From contig JAZNGB010000042.1 of the NCBI GenBank assembly GCA_045576275.1, forward strand, positions 26,882 through 90,881: DNA of 64,000 bases, read 5' to 3'. This DNA is from Acutalibacteraceae bacterium (lineage in GTDB: Bacteria; Bacillota; Clostridia; Oscillospirales; Acutalibacteraceae). The translations under genes were made by a program, and so were the position numbers. Numbering within the stretch: position 1 is the first letter of the stretch; each line of letters starts with the position of its first letter. Positions 58,855 through 64,000 of this stretch are shown here, piece after piece. The notes beneath the pieces were generated by a model that saw only the letters and a program-made list of their open reading frames with translations, ran no database searches and was not told where the DNA came from.

Positions 58855-59784
58855 ATGAAAACAAAATTGAAAATCATAGGTCCTTTGATGCTTTTGCTGA
58901 CGGCTTTGCTGTGGGGAATTGCATTTGTTGCCCAAAGTGTCGGAACAGAACAAGCAGGTCCTTTCACCTTTAACGGTGTGCGTACGATTATTGGTGCTTT
59001 CAGTGTTTTGCCCGTTGCTTTGTTTTTTCGCAGACAGAACGAAAAGAATCTGCTTGTTTCCAAAACAAAAGAAGAAAAAAAGCAGGACAATAAACTGTTG
59101 TTAAAAGCAGGTGTGCTGTGCGGTATTGTGCTGTTTGGTGCAACCAATCTGCAGAATAAGGCATTTGATTATACGGATGCCGGAAAAATTGCATTCATTA
59201 CCTCGCTGTATATTCTGTTTGTGCCTGTTTTTGGCCTTATTTTTCTGCGTAAAAAAGTGCGTGCGATTTTATGGCCATGTTTTGTTATAGGACTTATCGG
59301 TATGTTTTTGCTTTGTATGGGAGAAGCAACACAAGGCATCAATACGGGTGATTTGCTGACCTTTGGTTGCTCCGTCGTGTTTGCGATTCATATTTTGGTG
59401 GTTGATAAATATGTTGACCGTGTAGATCCCGTTATGATGTCCTGTATTCAGTTCTTTGTTGCAGGTGTTCTGACCATGATCCTTGCTTTTGTTTTTGAAG
59501 AACCGAGTGTGGAGAGTATCCGTGCCTGCATCGGAGCGATTTTATATGCCGGTATCTGCAGCAGCGCCATTGCTTATACGTTGCAGATTGTCGGACAAAA
59601 GTACACCGAAGCCACGGTTGCAACGCTGCTTCTTTCCATGGAATCCGTATTCGGTGTTATTTCTTCTGCAATCATCCTGCACGAGACCATGAGTGCAAGG
59701 GAAGTCATCGGCTGCGTGTTGATGTTCATTGCCATTATTGTTTCTCAGCTCCCCGAAAAGAAAAAGAAAGTTGAAAAAGTTTAA
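58855..59784 (+). CDS. DMT-superfamily (EamA) transporter
   Basis: Start taken at MKTKLKIIG. 10 TM segments, with LLTALLWGIAFVAQS typical of EamA repeats. Confidence 0.8.
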   Translation: MKTKLKIIGPLMLLLTALLWGIAFVAQSVGTEQAGPFTFNGVRTIIGAFSVLPVALFFRRQNEKNLLVSKTKEEKKQDNKLLLKAGVLCGIVLFGATNLQNKAFDYTDAGKIAFITSLYILFVPVFGLIFLRKKVRAILWPCFVIGLIGMFLLCMGEATQGINTGDLLTFGCSVVFAIHILVVDKYVDRVDPVMMSCIQFFVAGVLTMILAFVFEEPSVESIRACIGAILYAGICSSAIAYTLQIVGQKYTEATVATLLLSMESVFGVISSAIILHETMSAREVIGCVLMFIAIIVSQLPEKKKKVEKV

Positions 59785-59793
59785 ATACAGTAA

Positions 59794-59840
59794 TAAAAAA
59801 CACAGCAAAATCCGAATGGAAATTGCTGTGTTGTTTTTTT
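59794..59840. terminator. Bidirectional terminator between convergent genes
   Basis: Stem aacacagcaa / ttgctgtgtt, flanked by an A-run and a T-run. Confidence 0.8.
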
Positions 59841-61110
59841 ACAGTATATAATCGGTTATGCAGTCATACCAATGCACATAGGTCTTACCGTTGATTGTCA
59901 GTGTTTCGCTGTCAGGCAGAATTTCCGTCCACAGCTTTTCGTAACGGTGATATGCCCAATCGTTGCGGTTGAATCTACGCCACAAAATGGTTCTGCCGTT
60001 TTGGTCAAGATATTGTTCAATGGCAATTTTGCCTGCATAATGACCGATGTTGACTGCACAGACCGTGTCGTAAGTTTTGTTACCGATTGTTACCTTGTAT
60101 CTGCCGACAATGTCTGTCACTTCATCTGTTGCATCGGTTGATAGAAATGAATCCGTTTTTTTGATGAGACCTTTTGCAGTCATGTTGATTTCAAAGCCGC
60201 AATTATTTTCACCCAACCCCCAGTTGATATCAAAAATATCATGATCGAGGAATGTAAATAATCGTTTAACACCGTTTTCGATGTGGCTTTCCGCAAGGTA
60301 ACGGCAATGTGTGTCGGTCAATTGTGCTACATATTGACGTTGTGTTACTTTTTCTTTTCCGTCTGCCGTCGGAATGTGTTCTTCAGCTACGATTTCAACA
60401 CCCTGTATGCCATGAATTTCTGCTTTTTGCGTTACATTGGCAGATGTGTATTGGGTCAAAGCTTTGTGCGGTTGTTCGTAGCAGCCCCATGTGGTGTGTT
60501 TGCCGACTTCCAACAGAATGCAAAAGCCTCGCAGCTCCTCGCAACGTACATCAAAAGGCGGTAAGTCTGATTTTGCAATTGTATACGACGGTAAAATATC
60601 GGGTAGTTTTTTCATTTGTTTTTCTCCTTTCGGTCTGAATTGGTCGGGATATACGGATTTGAAATTCTGTTTTGCATAATGCAATCTGCTTTTGACCGTG
60701 CCGACGGGGATGTGCAGCTTTTCAGCAATTTGTTCCTGCGAAAACGCACAGAAATAGAACAAGTGCAGAATCTGCCTGTCCTTTTCGGGTAACTTTTTCA
60801 GTGTTTCAATCACCGTTTCTCTTGCTTGTCGTTCTATTGGTGTTTCTGCCCATGAAAAATATGAAAATGAATCCTCCAACTGCTGTGTCTTTGCTTTTTT
60901 GCTGTAATAATCGTTGCATTTGTTTGCAGCAATACGCAAAAGCCAGCCTTTGAATGCATCTGTGTTTTTCAGTTGCCGAAAGTTTTTGTAAGCAGCAATA
61001 CAGGTTTCCTGAAAAATATCCTGTGCATCATGTTGGTCGGAAACCCGAAAACGGATGAATCGCTCCAATGAAACCATATTTTTGCAAAGCAAATCTTCAA
61101 ATATATCCAT
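59839..61110 (-). CDS. ECF-type sigma-70 factor fused to a roughly 260-aa uncharacterised C-terminal domain (paralog B)
   Basis: ATG at 61110 with RBS aggaggtg. Region 2 DAQDIFQETCIAAYKNF...FKGWLLRIAANKCNDYY and region 4 IAEKLHIPVGTVKSRLHYAKQNF. The C-terminal domain aligns with paralog A throughout, for example GRT(V/I)LWRRFNRNDW, KLWTE and YVHWYD. Confidence 0.8.
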   Translation of the reverse strand: MDIFEDLLCKNMVSLERFIRFRVSDQHDAQDIFQETCIAAYKNFRQLKNTDAFKGWLLRIAANKCNDYYSKKAKTQQLEDSFSYFSWAETPIERQARETVIETLKKLPEKDRQILHLFYFCAFSQEQIAEKLHIPVGTVKSRLHYAKQNFKSVYPDQFRPKGEKQMKKLPDILPSYTIAKSDLPPFDVRCEELRGFCILLEVGKHTTWGCYEQPHKALTQYTSANVTQKAEIHGIQGVEIVAEEHIPTADGKEKVTQRQYVAQLTDTHCRYLAESHIENGVKRLFTFLDHDIFDINWGLGENNCGFEINMTAKGLIKKTDSFLSTDATDEVTDIVGRYKVTIGNKTYDTVCAVNIGHYAGKIAIEQYLDQNGRTILWRRFNRNDWAYHRYEKLWTEILPDSETLTINGKTYVHWYDCITDYIL

Positions 61111-61171
61111 ATATCCACCTCCTTTTTTTGCATATAAAAGCGCTTTCATAAATAAAGACCGAAAAGAGAAT

Positions 61172-61182
61172 CAAAAGGTTCA
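61172..61182 (-). promoter_or_regulatory. Candidate ECF-type -35 element TGAACCTTTTG upstream of sigma-fusion paralog B
   Basis: Same 11-mer as at 34162-34172, 61 nt upstream of the ATG. It lies immediately downstream of the terminator hairpin at 61182-61218. Confidence 0.4.
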
Positions 61183-61218
61183 AAAAAAATAATGCGGACA
61201 GAAAAATTGTCCGCATTA
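61182..61218 (-). terminator. Rho-independent terminator after GH92 and the small ORF
   Basis: 11-bp stem taatgcggaca / tgtccgcatta with an 8-nt minus-strand T-run. Confidence 0.8.
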
Positions 61219-61250
61219 AAATCGAAGTATCGCAATAAAGCGCAGCGAGC

Positions 61251-61383
61251 TTATTCTAACATATCATTTATTAACTCATCAATATCAGTATATGCTTTTC
61301 CGAGTGACGGATCATCTTTCATTTTTTTGCACTTCTTCCATTGCGGCAATTGTTTCTGCATTCGGAGTTTTATGATTATTCAT
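61251..61383 (-). pseudogene. Frameshifted small ORF resembling the C-terminal tail of RelB/DinJ-type antitoxins
   Basis: MNNHKTPNAETIAAMEEVQK then a run of 7 A's. With 6 A's the frame would continue MKDDPSLGKAYTDIDELINDMLE-stop. No N-terminal ribbon-helix-helix domain and no toxin gene. The family assignment is from memory only. Confidence 0.35.
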
Positions 61384-61386
61384 TTT

Positions 61387-63426
61387 TCAGATTACATCCT
61401 CATGTGCGATAATTGTTCCGAATTTTTCGGGGTCAAATTCCTTGCCGTTTATTTTTGCACTCTTGACGAGCTGCTTTGTTTTGACATATTCCGCTTTGCC
61501 GGGGCAGAACGGATACAATCCGAGTGTGCCGAAAACATACCACAGTGCCATCGAGCCGTTGTCCTCGTCACCGGGGAAACCGTCATCCTCATAAGAGAAC
61601 ACTTCGTTGCACATTTTTTCGACCCAATATGCCGTTTTTTCAGGCTGACCGTAAAGGGCGAAGAAGTAGGGGAAGTGGAACGACGGCTGATTGGAAATTG
61701 CACACTGACCGAAATCAACCGCTGCCATTTCCGTCATTTCATGAATTTCGCAGCCATAGGCATTGTCGATATAGTAAGGCGGTGTGCTGAACAGTTCATC
61801 CAATTTTTTGAGAACACCGTCCGTTCCGCCGAATAATTCTGCAAATCCCTCAGGGTCATGTTGTACGGCAAAGGTACTCTGCCATGCACTGCCTTCGGTG
61901 TAATCAAGTCCCCATTTGAACGGATTGAAATCGGGACGGAATGTGCCGTCAGTGTGTCTGGCACGCATGAATGTGGTTTCGCTGTCATAGAGATTCTTGT
62001 AATTCAATGCTCTCTGCCTGTATTCTTTTTCGATTTCCTTTTCACCGAGCAATTCTGCAATCTGTGCAATGCAGAAATCACCGTATGCTGCATCCAAAGT
62101 CAGATTAACGCTTTCTTTCTGTTCATTGTAAGGAACATAGCCGAGTTTGCAATAACTTTCTGCACCGTTTCTGCCGTAACGGGTTTCGGGGGCGTCTGTG
62201 GTTGCGTGCTTGATCATGGCATTCATGCAGGCACGCATTTCATCCTTGTTAAGAATGCCTTTTACGCAGGCATCTGCAAGAACGGCATCGATCAGTGTGG
62301 ACGGCATACAGCCGACCTCACCGGGGGCAATCCAACGGGGCAGCCAACCGCATTCGTCATAGTCGCGCAGGAAAGAACGGCACATTTCGGCATATTCATC
62401 AGGACAAACCAAGGAATAGAACGGATAACAAGTGCGGAACGTGTCCCAAAAGCCGTTGTCGGTATAGCGAATGCCTTCTCTGACCGAAGCGTCAGCCGGG
62501 CAGTAGTGTACGGTTTTGCCGTCAGAATTTACCTCATCGCAGCGGTGCGGATACAGAAAAGCTCTGTACAGGCAGGAATAGAAGGTCTTTTCCTGTTTGT
62601 CATCTTTTGCTTCGATATCAATGCAGGCAAGTCTTTCTTCCCAAAGGTTTTCTGCATCTGCCTTGATTTCTTCAAAGGTTTTGCCGTCAAGCTCTCTTTT
62701 GATGCTTTCCATTGCCATCTCATAACCGATCCAGGAAATGGCAAGCACCGCATTTGCACTTTTTCCGTTGAGCTTTACATGAATAGCGATATTCTCGCCG
62801 TCTACTGCATTGCAGCTTGCGTTTTTATCGTTTTCACTGATCAATGTACCTTTTTTATCAATGCAGCCGTCTTCAAATCGCACAACAAAATACTGTTTAA
62901 AGTTAACAGGCTTTCCGGAACAGCTTTGTTGTGTCCAGCCGGAAAGAATGTTGTTGTCGGCATCAAAACTGAAGAAACAACGGTCTTTTACGGACAGGAA
63001 AGAGATATAATTATCGTCCGCTTCGTCAAATCTGAAACGCAGTGCCGCACCACGCATGGTCGGAGTCAGTTCCATATCGCAACGCGAACGCAGAAAACGA
63101 TACTTCATATAATTCGGTTGCAGAATTGCATCTTCGGGTTTGTAACCTGACCAACGATCCTCGCAGTCAGCAACGGGTTTTGTTTTTTGCGGCATAATAC
63201 AGATCGCACCGTGGTCACCGATCCAGGGACTGGGCTGATGGGTGATACGAATTCCCATTAATGAACGGTGGGTCGGATGATAATACCAGCGTAAGTGTTC
63301 ATCTGTCTGCGGACAAAAGCTGATCATGCCGAACGGCAGTTGCATCAACGGTAACGTGTTGCCGTTGGAAAAACGATGTACGGATGCGGATCCCTGTTTT
63401 GTATTTACCAAAGAGATTCTTTTCAT
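61387..63426 (-). CDS. Glycoside hydrolase family 92 (alpha-mannosidase type), cytoplasmic
   Basis: N-terminus VNTKQGS....SNGNTLPLMQLPFGMISFCPQT and C-terminus GDEDNGSMALWYVFGTLGLYPFCPG are GH92 signatures. No signal peptide. Confidence 0.85.
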   Translation of the reverse strand: MKRISLVNTKQGSASVHRFSNGNTLPLMQLPFGMISFCPQTDEHLRWYYHPTHRSLMGIRITHQPSPWIGDHGAICIMPQKTKPVADCEDRWSGYKPEDAILQPNYMKYRFLRSRCDMELTPTMRGAALRFRFDEADDNYISFLSVKDRCFFSFDADNNILSGWTQQSCSGKPVNFKQYFVVRFEDGCIDKKGTLISENDKNASCNAVDGENIAIHVKLNGKSANAVLAISWIGYEMAMESIKRELDGKTFEEIKADAENLWEERLACIDIEAKDDKQEKTFYSCLYRAFLYPHRCDEVNSDGKTVHYCPADASVREGIRYTDNGFWDTFRTCYPFYSLVCPDEYAEMCRSFLRDYDECGWLPRWIAPGEVGCMPSTLIDAVLADACVKGILNKDEMRACMNAMIKHATTDAPETRYGRNGAESYCKLGYVPYNEQKESVNLTLDAAYGDFCIAQIAELLGEKEIEKEYRQRALNYKNLYDSETTFMRARHTDGTFRPDFNPFKWGLDYTEGSAWQSTFAVQHDPEGFAELFGGTDGVLKKLDELFSTPPYYIDNAYGCEIHEMTEMAAVDFGQCAISNQPSFHFPYFFALYGQPEKTAYWVEKMCNEVFSYEDDGFPGDEDNGSMALWYVFGTLGLYPFCPGKAEYVKTKQLVKSAKINGKEFDPEKFGTIIAHEDVI

Positions 63427-63440
63427 TTGTCATTCTCCTT

Positions 63441-63474
63441 AAAAAAAGAGGCAGTCGTTTGAACGGGCTGCCTC
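63441..63474 (-). terminator. Rho-independent terminator of prs
   Basis: Stem gaggcag / ctgcctc with a 7-nt minus-strand T-run. GH92 starts 15 nt further on. Confidence 0.75.
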
Positions 63475-63485
63475 TGTAATGATTA

Positions 63486-64000
63486 TTATTCGGATTTGAT
63501 TTCGATGTGATACCCTTTATTATCAAGGAAGTTGCGGATTCTGTCAGCATGATTGAGAAGCTTGCTGATGGACATATCATGATTGAGGGCATCAATGATA
63601 AGAGAAATGTACTTGGACATATCCACTTCGCAGAACCACTTGCGTTCAAGCAGTTCGGGCATACGGTAAACGAGGTTTGTCGTGAAGACACGGTCGATCA
63701 GACCTGCTTCAAATGCTGCATCAAACTTGTCAAGACCGTTGCAGAACAGGCCGAATGCAGAGCAAAGGAAAATGCGACGTGCTTTCATGGACTTGAGCTG
63801 TTTTGCAACATCGAGCATGGATTCGCCGGATGAAATCATATCATCAACAACGATAACATCGCGATTCTCAACATTATTGCCGAGGAATTCGTGTGCAATG
63901 ATGGGGTTTCTGCCATTGACAACACGAGAATAGTCACGTCTCTTGTAGAACATACCGAGATCAAGCCCGAGAACGGAGGAATAATAGATTGCTCTGTTTG
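63486..64000 (-). CDS. prs: Ribose-phosphate pyrophosphokinase (C-terminal part; 5' end outside the window)
   Basis: The ORF is open to the window edge. PRPP-binding loop RDVIVVDDMISSGESM. Confidence 0.85.
   Translation of the reverse strand, partial: NRAIYYSSVLGLDLGMFYKRRDYSRVVNGRNPIIAHEFLGNNVENRDVIVVDDMISSGESMLDVAKQLKSMKARRIFLCSAFGLFCNGLDKFDAAFEAGLIDRVFTTNLVYRMPELLERKWFCEVDMSKYISLIIDALNHDMSISKLLNHADRIRNFLDNKGYHIEIKSE

Overview
This window looks like chromosomal DNA from a spore-forming Firmicute of class Clostridia. Dockerin modules, spoVA and spoIIAA-spoIIAB-sigF genes and the codon style suggest a Ruminococcus/Oscillospiraceae-like gut anaerobe, but that taxonomic call is inference. All homology calls come from reading motifs in the supplied translations; no searches were run.

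Housekeeping blocks: rpsF-ssb-rpsR; SRP RNA-dnaX-ybaB-recR; DUF1934-argS; smpB-tmRNA; spoIIAA-spoIIAB-sigF; prs. These are interleaved with accessory genes, including GH95, GH92, GH25, a beta-helix glycosidase-like protein, three PHP-domain proteins and several transporters.

Two giant secreted proteins fill about one third of the window.
1. A monocistronic 3,963-aa acidic protein (11159-23050) built from about seven tandem 400-510-aa repeats. I recognised no domain in it. Its codon usage is extremely optimised, with no TTA, CTA or TCA codon for 2,481 codons.
2. A roughly 2,957-aa BspA-type LRR protein (44893-53766). It carries a complete TAXI-TRAP solute-binding domain embedded mid-protein, and a dockerin / cohesin-like / dockerin C-terminus.

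Other notable items:
- Two paralogous ECF-sigma proteins are fused to a roughly 260-aa uncharacterised cytoplasmic C-terminal domain. Each lies just downstream of a cytoplasmic glycosidase gene, and both share an upstream TGAACCTTTTG ECF-like promoter motif.
- An ORF-less class IIC group II intron sits exactly after the intrinsic terminator of a 43-aa micro-ORF.
- The last 22 nt of tmRNA are duplicated 142 bp downstream, next to a cluster of GATTACATA-type repeats. This looks like an integration scar.
- A frameshifted small ORF may be a RelB/DinJ-tail relic.

No CRISPR array, rRNA, tRNA, integrase or transposase was seen.
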